A stretch of DNA of 64,000 nt. It comes from Gemmatimonadota bacterium. GTDB lineage: Bacteria; Gemmatimonadota; Gemmatimonadetes; Longimicrobiales; Gaopeijiaceae. This document shows, piece after piece, positions 19,168 through 28,267 of the stretch (within the stretch, counting starts at the first letter, position 1; each line of letters opens with the position of its first letter). Where the stretch lies: NCBI GenBank assembly GCA_034521595.1, contig JAXHMG010000003.1, positions 2,656,001-2,720,000 of the forward strand, in the 5' to 3' direction. The translations under genes were made by a program, and so were the position numbers. The notes beneath the pieces are model-generated. The model was not told where the DNA came from, did no database searches, and saw only the letters and a program-made list of their open reading frames with translations.

Positions 19168-21290
19168 GCTTTCTCGTACCGCTGTTCCTGCTCGGGATGG
19201 TTGGACTCGCGATTCCTCTCGCGATCCATCTCACGCGACGTCAGCGCCGGAACGTGGTCGCGTTCCCCTCCCTCATGTTCCTCGCCAAGATCCCCTACCA
19301 GGAACAGCGGCGCCGCCGCATCCAGCACTGGTTCCTCCTTCTGCTGCGCGCCGTCGCGCTGGCCCTCATCGTCTTCGCCTTCGCCCGGCCGTTCTTCGAC
19401 CGTTCGGACCTCATCGCGGGAACCGCTTCGGGGCCGAGGGAAGTCGTCGTGCTTCTCGACCGATCCTACAGCATGGACGTCGAGGGCCGCATGGACGGAG
19501 CACGGTCCGAAGCGGAGCGGATCTTCGAGCAGCTCGGGCCACTCGACCGGGCCAGCTTGGTGACCTTCGACCGGAGCGCCGCCGTTCTCGTCCGCTCCAC
19601 CTCGGACCGGGGGCGCCTGCGCGCGGCGCTGGATACCGTGCGGAGCGGGTCGGACGTGACCCGATTCAGCCCCGCCCTGAAAGTGGCGCAGACCATCTTG
19701 GAGGAGTCCGAGCTACCCGCTTCGACGGTCCACCTGCTCAGCGACTTCCAGCGAACGGGCTGGTCCGACGACGAGAGCGTGCGCCTCCCGGCGGGGTCGG
19801 AGTTCGTGCCGGTGCCGGTCGGAGGGGAGGCACCGGAGAACGTCCAGGTGGCCGGAGTGTCGCTCCCCCGGACCGTGGACGCCGGCCGAGAGCGGATCAC
19901 GCCGACCGCTCGCGTGGTGCGGCGAGGAGGGGAGGGGCCCACCGAAGTTCCGGTGACGCTCAAGATCGACGGCCAGCCCGTGGAGACGGTCGAGGTGGAG
20001 CTCGGGGGTGAAGGCGCTGCATCGGTGACGTTCCAGCCCGTGACGTTGTCGCGCCCGCACACCCGAGGCACCGTTTCAACCCCGGAAGACGCCGTCCCCG
20101 CCGACGACCGAAGGCACTTCGTCGTCTCACCGGGGACGGTGCTCACGGTGCGCGTCGTCGGATCCACCTCCGGCGAGTCGGATCCGAACCTGTACCTCGC
20201 ACGGGCTCTGGGCATCAGCCAGGACGGACGCTTCGAGGTGACCACGCGGCGCAGGAACGGCCTCGTGCCGGCGGATACCGAGGGGGTCGACGTGCTCGTC
20301 CTCAACGACGTGCGCGTCGACGGGGCGGCGGCGGAGCGACTCCGCTCGTTCGTCGAGAACGGGGGCGGACTGCTGGTCGCGCTCGGAGAGAACGCCACCT
20401 GGCCGGCGTCCGCGGCGGACCTCCTTCCGGGCGACCCGGGTTCACCCCGGGACCGCGAAGCGGGACGGGGGGCCCGGCTCGGACAATTGGCATACGATCA
20501 CCCCGTCTTCGAGCCGTTCGCCGGCCCCAGGGGCGGAGGCTTCGGAAACGCACGCTTCTTCCGAGCGCGTGACCTCACGCCGACGGACTCGGCGGAGGTG
20601 CTGGCCCGCTTCGACGACGGCTCCGTGGCGCTCGCCGAAGCGACCCGGGGCGACGGCAGGGTCCTGGTCTGGACGACGACCCTCGACGCCTATTGGAACG
20701 ACCTCGCATTGCAGCCGGTGTACCTGCCATTCGTCCACCGAATGGCGGAGCACCTCGCCGGTCGCACGGAAGCCACGCCCTGGTTCACGGTCGGCCAGAT
20801 CGTCGACCTTTCGGATCCGGAGATGTTGGAGGCCGCGGGCCTGGACGCGTCCGCCGCGGAGCTCGAGGCGGGAGGAGAGCGCGTGGCGCTCGACCCGTCC
20901 GGAGCCGGCATACGGCTTTCGGAAGGTACCGAGAGCCAGTACCTGACCCTCGCGGAGCACGGGTTCTACATCATCCGCCCCCCGGGCGCCGACCCCGAGC
21001 GCCCCTTCACGCTGGCGGTGAACGTCGATCTCGAGGAGTCCGCGATGAGCCGGATCGACCCCGAGGAAGTCGCCCTCCGGGTGGAAGCCGCGACGGTCGC
21101 GAGCGAGGACGGCGGGACGACCGAGGCCGCCGCGCAGACCCTCCGCATGGAGGATCAGGAACGCCGACAGTCCCTCTGGCGATGGATCCTCGCGGGGGCG
21201 CTGGGACTACTTATTCTCGAGACCTTGATCTCGAACTGGGTGTCGCGCACGAAAGCGGTGGCGTCCCCTCAGACGGGAACGATAGGTTGA
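19164..21290 (+). CDS. BatA-domain plus vWA membrane protein
   Basis: MSFLVPLFLLG...IPLAIHL...FPSLMFL...LLLLRAVAL...FARP; MIDAS DRSYS; C-terminal TM. Confidence 0.9.
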   Translation: MSFLVPLFLLGMVGLAIPLAIHLTRRQRRNVVAFPSLMFLAKIPYQEQRRRRIQHWFLLLLRAVALALIVFAFARPFFDRSDLIAGTASGPREVVVLLDRSYSMDVEGRMDGARSEAERIFEQLGPLDRASLVTFDRSAAVLVRSTSDRGRLRAALDTVRSGSDVTRFSPALKVAQTILEESELPASTVHLLSDFQRTGWSDDESVRLPAGSEFVPVPVGGEAPENVQVAGVSLPRTVDAGRERITPTARVVRRGGEGPTEVPVTLKIDGQPVETVEVELGGEGAASVTFQPVTLSRPHTRGTVSTPEDAVPADDRRHFVVSPGTVLTVRVVGSTSGESDPNLYLARALGISQDGRFEVTTRRRNGLVPADTEGVDVLVLNDVRVDGAAAERLRSFVENGGGLLVALGENATWPASAADLLPGDPGSPRDREAGRGARLGQLAYDHPVFEPFAGPRGGGFGNARFFRARDLTPTDSAEVLARFDDGSVALAEATRGDGRVLVWTTTLDAYWNDLALQPVYLPFVHRMAEHLAGRTEATPWFTVGQIVDLSDPEMLEAAGLDASAAELEAGGERVALDPSGAGIRLSEGTESQYLTLAEHGFYIIRPPGADPERPFTLAVNVDLEESAMSRIDPEEVALRVEAATVASEDGGTTEAAAQTLRMEDQERRQSLWRWILAGALGLLILETLISNWVSRTKAVASPQTGTIG

Positions 21291-21314
21291 GGTGAGAGCC
21301 ACGCTGGAGGAGAC

Positions 21315-24300
21315 ATGACCGATTCGGAGCGAAGCATGGCGGACCGGAGATTGACCAACCTCGTCCGTACGGTCCGCAGACGCTGGAAGCTGCGTCTCGC
21401 GCTCCGTGGCCTCGCGTGGGCGACCGGCATCTCCGTCCTCGTCTTCCTCCTCGCGGGGGTGGCGGTGGAACGGGCCCGTTTCTCGCCGGAAGCCCTGCTC
21501 TGGCTGCGCCTCGCCAGCTGGGGCACGCTCGGCCTGACGTTCTTTCTCTTCGTCGTGCGCCCGCTCCTTCGACCGGTGACGGACAGCCAGGTGGCGCTGT
21601 ACCTCGAAGAGCACGAGCCTTCGCTCCAGCATGCCTTCGTGAGCGCGCTCGAAGCGTCGCGCAATCCGGGCTTTTCGCGGGGGCTGAGTGGACGGGTCCT
21701 GGAGCATGCCCTCGACCGTGCCGCCGCGGTCGAAAATGGGCGACGCGTGGAGCAAGGTGCGCTCTACCGCTTCGGGGGCGCGCTCACCGGTATCGTGGTG
21801 GCGAGCCTGCTCCTGGCGGTCCTCGGACCGACGTCTCTCCGCCACGGAGTCGGCGCGCTCCTCGCACCGACGCGCGACGCCGCCACCGTGAACCCGTACG
21901 CCATGGATGTGGAGCCCGGGAACACCGCGATCGCCCGTGGATCCGACCTCGTCGTACGCGCGGCTCCGCGAGGGTTCGAAGCCGGCGAGGTGTCGATCTT
22001 CACGAGCTCGGGTGAAGGAACGGGCTTCCAACGGCTCAGCATGCTCCCGAACGAGAGCGGATTGTTCGAGGTCATGCTTCTCGGCGTCGAACAGGATACC
22101 CGGTACTTCGTGGAGGCATCCGGCGTCCGCTCGCCCACCTTCACCGTCGAGGTGGCGGAGCTGCCCTACGTGGAGAACCTCGACCTCACCTACCACTTCC
22201 CCGACTATACCGGTCTCTCACCCAGGGTGGTCGAAGGCGGAGGAGACGTCGCGGCACTTCCCGGAACGGTCGTCGAGCTGAGCATCTCCTCGACGATCGC
22301 GACACCGGGCGGACGACTTCTGCTCGACGGCGAGGCCGCGAGCGAGCTCGAAGTCGGAGCGGACGGCACGCTCAGCACGCGGTTCACGGTGGAAGACACC
22401 GGCCTGTATGCGATCGAGCTGGCCCGCGACAACGGTGAGATGGTTTCGGCTTCTCCGGAGTACACCATCGACGTCTTGCAGGACATGGAGCCCTCCGTCC
22501 ACTTCTCGGAGCCCGGTCGGGATATGCCGGCCTCCCCCATCGAAGAGGTCTACCTCGAGATGGAGGCGCTCGACGACTACGGCATCGGGGATCTGCGGCT
22601 CGTGTACTCGGTCAACGGCGGAGCGGAGGACACGGTCTCGGTATTCCGCACGGACGGTCCACCCCTCCCGGAGGTCTCGGCCGGACATACGCTCTACCTC
22701 GAGGAGTGGCAGCTCGAGCCCGGAGATCTCGTCTCCTACTACGCGTTGGTGCGCGACAATCGCCGGCTCGGCTCGGAGCAGGTCGTCGCCAGCGACATGT
22801 ACTTCCTCAACGTGCGTCCGTTCGAGCGCGAATACCGTGAAGCGGAGCAGCAGGGCGGCGGCGGCCAAGCCGGCGGGGCCCAGGGGGCCGAGACGGCCCT
22901 GTCCGAGATGCAACGCCAGGTCATCTCCGCGACCTTCAATTTGATTCGCCAGCGCGACAGCTACGCCGAAGGCGAGTTCGCCGAGAACGTCGTCAGCGTC
23001 GCGCTCGCCCAGGAACGGCTCCGCGAGCAAGTCACGACCCTCCTCGAGCGGATGGGGAACCGCGGCTTGACCGAGGAGGACCCCGGATTCCGAGACGTCT
23101 CCGCGATCCTTCCCGACGCCGCGGACGCCATGACGCGCGCACACGAGCTCCTGACGGACGAGGCCCTCCAAGACGCCCTTCCGGTCGAGCAGAAGGCCCT
23201 ACGGTTCCTCCAACAGGCGGAAGAGACCTACGAGCGGTACGTCACCACCTCCCAGAACCAGCAAGGAGGGGGCGGCGGGGGTGGCAACCCGGCCGCGGAC
23301 GATCTCGCCGACCTGTTCGAGCTCGAGCTGGACAAGCTGCAGAACCAGTACGAAACCGTGCGGCGGGGTCAACAACAGCAGGCGGACGCCCAGGTCGACG
23401 AGATCATGGAAGAGCTCGAGGAGCTGGCGCGCAGACAGGAGCAGGAAGCGGAGCGGCAGCGTCGGCGCGCTCAAGCCGGCATGCAGGGCACTGCGGGCGC
23501 GGGCGCGTCTCAGCGGAATCTGGCCGACGAAACCGAAGAAGCGGCGCGACAGCTCCAGCGACTTGCACGCGAGCGCGCCGACCAGGAGTTGGAGCGGACC
23601 GCACGCGCCATGCAGGAGGCGGCGGAAGCCATGAGACGCTCCGCGTCCGAAGGTGGGAACACCGCCTCCACGGGAGCGTCGGAGGCCCTCCGCAGACTCG
23701 AAGACGCACGCCGGTCCCTCCAAGAGAACCGCGCCGGACGGGCGGGGCGCAGCGCCCAGGAGGCGCTACGCCAGGTGGACGAGCTACAGCGTCAGCAGCG
23801 CGAAGTGCAGCGGGCGGTGCGGGATCTTCCCTCCGGCGGCGAGGAACGCCGAGAGGTCGTGGACCGCTTGCGCGAGCGGAAGAACCAGATGACCGACGCG
23901 GTCCGGCAGCTCGAACAGGAGCTCGACCGCTCCGCGAGCTCGGCCCAGCAAGAAAATCCCCAAGCCGCCCGGAAGCTACAGGCAGGAGCCGACCGAATCC
24001 GGGAATCGAGCTTGAAGGAGAAGCTTCAGTACTCGCGGGGCACGATCGTGCAATGGGACCCCGAGTCCGCGTTGACGCTCGAGCTGGGGATCGAAGGTGA
24101 CCTGGAAGACGTGCGCGAGGAGTTGGAAGGCGCGTTGGAGGCGGCCGGCGCCCAGGAGCGCAACCCCCTGACTGAAGCGCTCGACGAAACGCGCGACCTC
24201 GTCCGGGGAATGGAGGCGATGGAGCGCCGTCTCAACGAAGGGTCCAGCCGCGCAGGTGAGCAAGCAGACGAGGCCGGCGACGCTGCCTCCGAGGCCGACG

Positions 24301-24800
24301 GGCAACCGGGCAGAACCCCCGAGGGCACCGGAGAGCCCGGAACGGGCGATACCGCCGGCGCCACGGAGGGCACGACCGACGAGCGGGCGACCGAGGCCCG
24401 CGCCGGAGGCGGTGGTGGCCGGACCCGAGGCGATCCACGGCGCCCCTCGGCGGAAGAGATCCGTCAGTACCGCAACGAGTTCGAGCGAAGGGCCGGACAG
24501 GTCCGAGACGTGCGCGAGCGGCTGGAGGAAGCCGGCCGGTCGACCGAGGACCTACAGTCCGTCCTCGACGCCATGGAGCGACTGGCGCAAGAAGGGGCGT
24601 ACGACGATCCGACTCAGGTCGCGCAGCTTCAGGCCGAAGCGCTGGAGGCGCTGAAACGGCTCGAGTTCGGGCTACGCAGGGAGGTCGAAGGCGAAACCCC
24701 TCAGCGCGCCACCCTCGGTGGATCCGACGACGTTCCCGACGGATATCGGGCGCTCGTCGAGGAATACTACCGAACGCTGGCGCGGGAGGGCGGACGGTGA
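21315..24800 (+). CDS. DUF4175-like large membrane protein with Ig-like domains and long Q/E-rich coiled coil
   Basis: Three N-terminal TM helices; YHFPDYTGL; ALDDYGI; C-terminal VPDGYRALVEEYYRTLA. Confidence 0.8.
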   Translation: MTDSERSMADRRLTNLVRTVRRRWKLRLALRGLAWATGISVLVFLLAGVAVERARFSPEALLWLRLASWGTLGLTFFLFVVRPLLRPVTDSQVALYLEEHEPSLQHAFVSALEASRNPGFSRGLSGRVLEHALDRAAAVENGRRVEQGALYRFGGALTGIVVASLLLAVLGPTSLRHGVGALLAPTRDAATVNPYAMDVEPGNTAIARGSDLVVRAAPRGFEAGEVSIFTSSGEGTGFQRLSMLPNESGLFEVMLLGVEQDTRYFVEASGVRSPTFTVEVAELPYVENLDLTYHFPDYTGLSPRVVEGGGDVAALPGTVVELSISSTIATPGGRLLLDGEAASELEVGADGTLSTRFTVEDTGLYAIELARDNGEMVSASPEYTIDVLQDMEPSVHFSEPGRDMPASPIEEVYLEMEALDDYGIGDLRLVYSVNGGAEDTVSVFRTDGPPLPEVSAGHTLYLEEWQLEPGDLVSYYALVRDNRRLGSEQVVASDMYFLNVRPFEREYREAEQQGGGGQAGGAQGAETALSEMQRQVISATFNLIRQRDSYAEGEFAENVVSVALAQERLREQVTTLLERMGNRGLTEEDPGFRDVSAILPDAADAMTRAHELLTDEALQDALPVEQKALRFLQQAEETYERYVTTSQNQQGGGGGGGNPAADDLADLFELELDKLQNQYETVRRGQQQQADAQVDEIMEELEELARRQEQEAERQRRRAQAGMQGTAGAGASQRNLADETEEAARQLQRLARERADQELERTARAMQEAAEAMRRSASEGGNTASTGASEALRRLEDARRSLQENRAGRAGRSAQEALRQVDELQRQQREVQRAVRDLPSGGEERREVVDRLRERKNQMTDAVRQLEQELDRSASSAQQENPQAARKLQAGADRIRESSLKEKLQYSRGTIVQWDPESALTLELGIEGDLEDVREELEGALEAAGAQERNPLTEALDETRDLVRGMEAMERRLNEGSSRAGEQADEAGDAASEADGQPGRTPEGTGEPGTGDTAGATEGTTDERATEARAGGGGGRTRGDPRRPSAEEIRQYRNEFERRAGQVRDVRERLEEAGRSTEDLQSVLDAMERLAQEGAYDDPTQVAQLQAEALEALKRLEFGLRREVEGETPQRATLGGSDDVPDGYRALVEEYYRTLAREGGR

Positions 24801-24806
24801 GTCCTC

Positions 24807-25187
24807 TCAGGAAGAGCCGTCGAGCACTTCCCTGACCTTCTCTCTGAGTCCGGCCACCGTGAACGGCTTGGAGATGTAGTTCACCTCGGCGACACGGATG
24901 CCCTGGAGGAGCACTTCATCCTCCGTGTACCCGGACATGAAGAGAAGCTCGGTGTCGGGATGAACCTCCCGGAAACGCTCGCCGAGCTCGCGCCCGCCGA
25001 GCCCCGGCATGACCACATCGGTGAGCAGAAGGTCGATCGCGCCATCGTGCTCGTCCGCGATCCGAAGCGCCTCTTCACCTCCCAAGGCTTCCAGGATCTC
25101 GTATCCATCACGCCGCAGCACTTTGCTCGCGACTCTGAGGACGGAGGGCTCGTCGTCGACGACGAGAACCGTCTTGACGGCACTCAT
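24807..25187 (-). CDS. Single-domain response regulator (receiver only)
   Basis: VLVVDDE; LLLTDVVMPGLGG; FMSGY; SKPFT; AAGGAGG RBS. Confidence 0.92.
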   Translation of the reverse strand: MSAVKTVLVVDDEPSVLRVASKVLRRDGYEILEALGGEEALRIADEHDGAIDLLLTDVVMPGLGGRELGERFREVHPDTELLFMSGYTEDEVLLQGIRVAEVNYISKPFTVAGLREKVREVLDGSS

Positions 25188-25454
25188 TGCTCCTCCTTCG
25201 CACTCGAAGTCGTGATCGGTGGTCCGAGCCGTGCTATACCCGCTTTCGCATCCGCCGCCCTTCGCTCGACGTTGCCCCGCGAGTCGGCGACGGAGCGACC
25301 GGAGGGGTGAATATTTACTGAATCTTCATCGTGAATGCCATGCCCTCCCGGGCCGCCGACACCTCCGGACGCGACTCCCAAGCCGTTAGATTCGACCATT
25401 CATGCCGCACTCGAGCCGTGCGGGTACTGACGACACGCATCACAGCGACGAGCC

Positions 25455-27137
25455 ATGTCCGGACCGCAGTTCATCTACCACATGCATCGGTTGTCCAAGA
25501 TCGTCCCGCCCAAGCACGAGATCTTGAAGGACATCAGCCTTTCGTTCTATCCCGGGGCGAAGATCGGCGTGGTCGGACCCAACGGCGCCGGGAAGAGCTC
25601 CCTACTGCGCATCATGGCCGGTCTCGACACGGACTTCCAGGGAGAAGCATGGGCGGCCACGGGAACCCGGATCGGATATCTTCCGCAGGAACCGGAGCTC
25701 GACGAGAGCCTGGACGTGCGGGGCAACGTGGACGAAGCGGTCCGGGAAACGCGTGACCTCCTGAAGCGTTACGAGGAGGTCAACCTCGCGTTCGGTGACG
25801 TCTCGAGCGACGAAGAAATGAACGCGCTCATCGAGGAGCAAGCCCGACTTCAGGACCGGATCGACGCCTCGGGCGCCTGGGAGCTCGACCGGAAGATCGA
25901 GATCGCGATGGACGCTTTGAGGCTACCACCGGGCGATGCGGACATCTCGACGCTCTCCGGAGGGGAAAAGCGACGGGTGGCTCTCTGCCGCGTGCTTCTG
26001 GAGCAGCCGGACATGCTACTCCTCGACGAGCCGACCAACCACCTCGACGCCGAGTCGGTCGCGTGGCTCGAACACCACCTCGCGGCGTTCTCCGGCACGA
26101 TCGTCGCGATCACGCACGACCGGTACTTCCTCGACAACGTCGCCGAGTGGATCCTGGAGCTCGACCGGGGCCAGGGAATTCCCTGGAAGGGCAACTACTC
26201 GTCCTGGCTGGAGCAGAAGAAGGAGCGACTCCGGATCGAGGAGAAACACGAATCCGCCCGTCAGCGGACCCTCGACCGGGAGCTCGAGTGGGTACACATG
26301 TCGCCGCAGGCCCGGCACGCGAAAGCGAAATCCCGCATCAACCAATACGAAGAGCTTCTCAACCGGGACGAGCGCGAACAGGTCCGGACTGCCGAGATCA
26401 TGATCCCCAAGGGGCCCCGGCTCGGCGACGTGGTCGTGCGCGCCGACGGAATCCGGAAGGGCTACGGCGACCACCTCCTGATCGACGACCTGTCCTTCGA
26501 TATTCCGCCGGGCGCCATCGTCGGGATCATCGGTGCCAACGGCGCGGGCAAGACCACGCTGTTCCGCATGATCGTCGGCGACGAGGAACCGGACGCGGGC
26601 ACACTCGAGGTCGGACAGACCGTGGAGCTCGCGTACGTCGACCAGTCGCGATCCGAGCTCGACCCGACCAAGACGGTGTTCGAAGAGGTGAGCGGGGGGC
26701 AGGAGGCGTTGCATTTCGGAAGGGCGGAAGTGAACCCGCGCGCCTACCTTTCGTGGTTCAACTTCCGCGGCTCCGACCAGCAGAAGAAGGTCGGCGTCCT
26801 GTCCGGCGGTGAGCGCAACCGTCTTCATCTGGCCAAGCTGTTGAAGTCGGGCGGGAACGTGATGCTCCTGGACGAGCCGACGAACGACCTCGACGTGGAC
26901 ACCCTGCGCGCACTCGAGAACGCGATCCTGGACTTCGCGGGATCGGTGCTCGTCATCTCCCACGACCGCTGGTTCCTGGACCGCATCGCGACACACATCA
27001 TCGCATTCGAGGGCGATTCCCGGGTCGTGTGGTTCGAAGGCAACTATCACGAGTACGAGGAGGATCGCCGTGCACGCCTCGGAGAGGACGCGGACCGGCC
27101 CCACCGCCTCCGCTACCGGAAGCTCGTCCGGGACTGA
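25455..27137 (+). CDS. ettA: Energy-dependent translational throttle protein EttA (ABC-F)
   Basis: [60 protein letters not shown]; second ABC domain; [10 protein letters not shown]-terminus. Confidence 0.96.
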   Translation: MSGPQFIYHMHRLSKIVPPKHEILKDISLSFYPGAKIGVVGPNGAGKSSLLRIMAGLDTDFQGEAWAATGTRIGYLPQEPELDESLDVRGNVDEAVRETRDLLKRYEEVNLAFGDVSSDEEMNALIEEQARLQDRIDASGAWELDRKIEIAMDALRLPPGDADISTLSGGEKRRVALCRVLLEQPDMLLLDEPTNHLDAESVAWLEHHLAAFSGTIVAITHDRYFLDNVAEWILELDRGQGIPWKGNYSSWLEQKKERLRIEEKHESARQRTLDRELEWVHMSPQARHAKAKSRINQYEELLNRDEREQVRTAEIMIPKGPRLGDVVVRADGIRKGYGDHLLIDDLSFDIPPGAIVGIIGANGAGKTTLFRMIVGDEEPDAGTLEVGQTVELAYVDQSRSELDPTKTVFEEVSGGQEALHFGRAEVNPRAYLSWFNFRGSDQQKKVGVLSGGERNRLHLAKLLKSGGNVMLLDEPTNDLDVDTLRALENAILDFAGSVLVISHDRWFLDRIATHIIAFEGDSRVVWFEGNYHEYEEDRRARLGEDADRPHRLRYRKLVRD

Positions 27138-27631
27138 TGACGCCGGCCGACACCAGTAGCCCGGAGGAACGTGACCGGCTGATCGCGGAGGCCCTCGAGG
27201 ACTCGGAAGCCCGTGACGAGCGCTACCGCCCCCCGTCGGAGCCCCCGAAGGACGACCGCTGGAAGGGGGCCCTCGCGCTGTGTTTGTTCATCCTCGCGGG
27301 AGTGGTGGCCATCGCGCCCCCGGGTTGGGTCGCGCCCGAGCCTCCGCCAAGGGTGCCGGACGGGGCACGCACGCTCGGAGCAAGGGCCGCCGTGTTCCTG
27401 CAGGCGCAGGAGATCGAGGCGTTCCGTCAGCGGAATCACAGGCTTCCGGACGACCTCACGGAGGTTTCCACGACCCTTCCCGGCATTCGGTACATCCGCT
27501 CCAACGAACGCGTGTATCAGGTAGTGGCGACGGACCCGGACGGACGCACCGTCGTATTCGACTCCACCGAGCCGCGGGACGAGCGTTCGGCACGCGTGCA
27601 CGCCTTGCTGCGCGAGATCGACGAGTCGTGA
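27137..27631 (+). CDS. Membrane-anchored hypothetical protein with a pseudopilin-like helix motif
   Basis: TGATG coupling to ettA; single TM; IEAFRQRNHRLPDDL. Confidence 0.65.
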   Translation: MTPADTSSPEERDRLIAEALEDSEARDERYRPPSEPPKDDRWKGALALCLFILAGVVAIAPPGWVAPEPPPRVPDGARTLGARAAVFLQAQEIEAFRQRNHRLPDDLTEVSTTLPGIRYIRSNERVYQVVATDPDGRTVVFDSTEPRDERSARVHALLREIDES

Positions 27632-28158
27632 GCCGATCCGGGCACGGTTCCCGCGCCGGGGCGAGCTTCGCCGACGTCATGCTCGTCCTCGCCGCCCTAT
27701 CGCTCGTTCTCGCCGTGCTCTATCCCCACTGGAAGGCCCGGATGCTGCAAGATCGTGTGGACACGGCCGTCGACAGGGTCGAGCAGCTGATCGAGGCGGC
27801 GGAAGAGGCAAGGAACGAAGCAGGCACCTGGCCTCCCACGGCGTCCGACGAGGAGCTCACGCCCGCCCCTCCTGCGAGCGAAGGTGAAGTCGAAGGCGCA
27901 GGGCCGACCCTCGAATGGCGACGCCTGGAAAGCGTCGAGGTACCCTCGCCCCCGTCGGCGAACACCGACCCGAGCGGGGAGGGAGCGGATCAGGAACCGG
28001 GCACGCGCTCACCGGTCTTCTTCCATCGGGGCGCCGTGTCCGTACACACGGCGAACGAATCGGTGCTCGACGCGCTCTCACGGCGCTACCCCGGGTCCGT
28101 GGTGCACGATACGGTCTGGACACTGCTACTTCCACGGGTTCCCGCCGCGCCCGACTGA
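27628..28158 (+). CDS. Type IV pilin/pseudopilin-like protein
   Basis: GTGA overlap; RAG|ASFADVMLVLAALSLVLAVLYP prepilin-like N-terminus; EEARNEAGTWPP. Confidence 0.6.
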   Translation: MSRSGHGSRAGASFADVMLVLAALSLVLAVLYPHWKARMLQDRVDTAVDRVEQLIEAAEEARNEAGTWPPTASDEELTPAPPASEGEVEGAGPTLEWRRLESVEVPSPPSANTDPSGEGADQEPGTRSPVFFHRGAVSVHTANESVLDALSRRYPGSVVHDTVWTLLLPRVPAAPD

Positions 28159-28267
28159 CCGTTCTCGTCGCGCGGGCACCGCGTCGATCCTTATCAACAC
28201 GGGCCGAAACCGTCACATTAACAGGTCCGCCTCGGTTTCAGGCACTCGCGTAATCAATCCGTCATCC

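Noticed and set aside
25184-25399. 71-aa minus-strand ORF upstream of the response regulator
   Set aside because: No motifs and low-complexity composition; the region is more simply the divergent promoter spacer between the regulator and ettA
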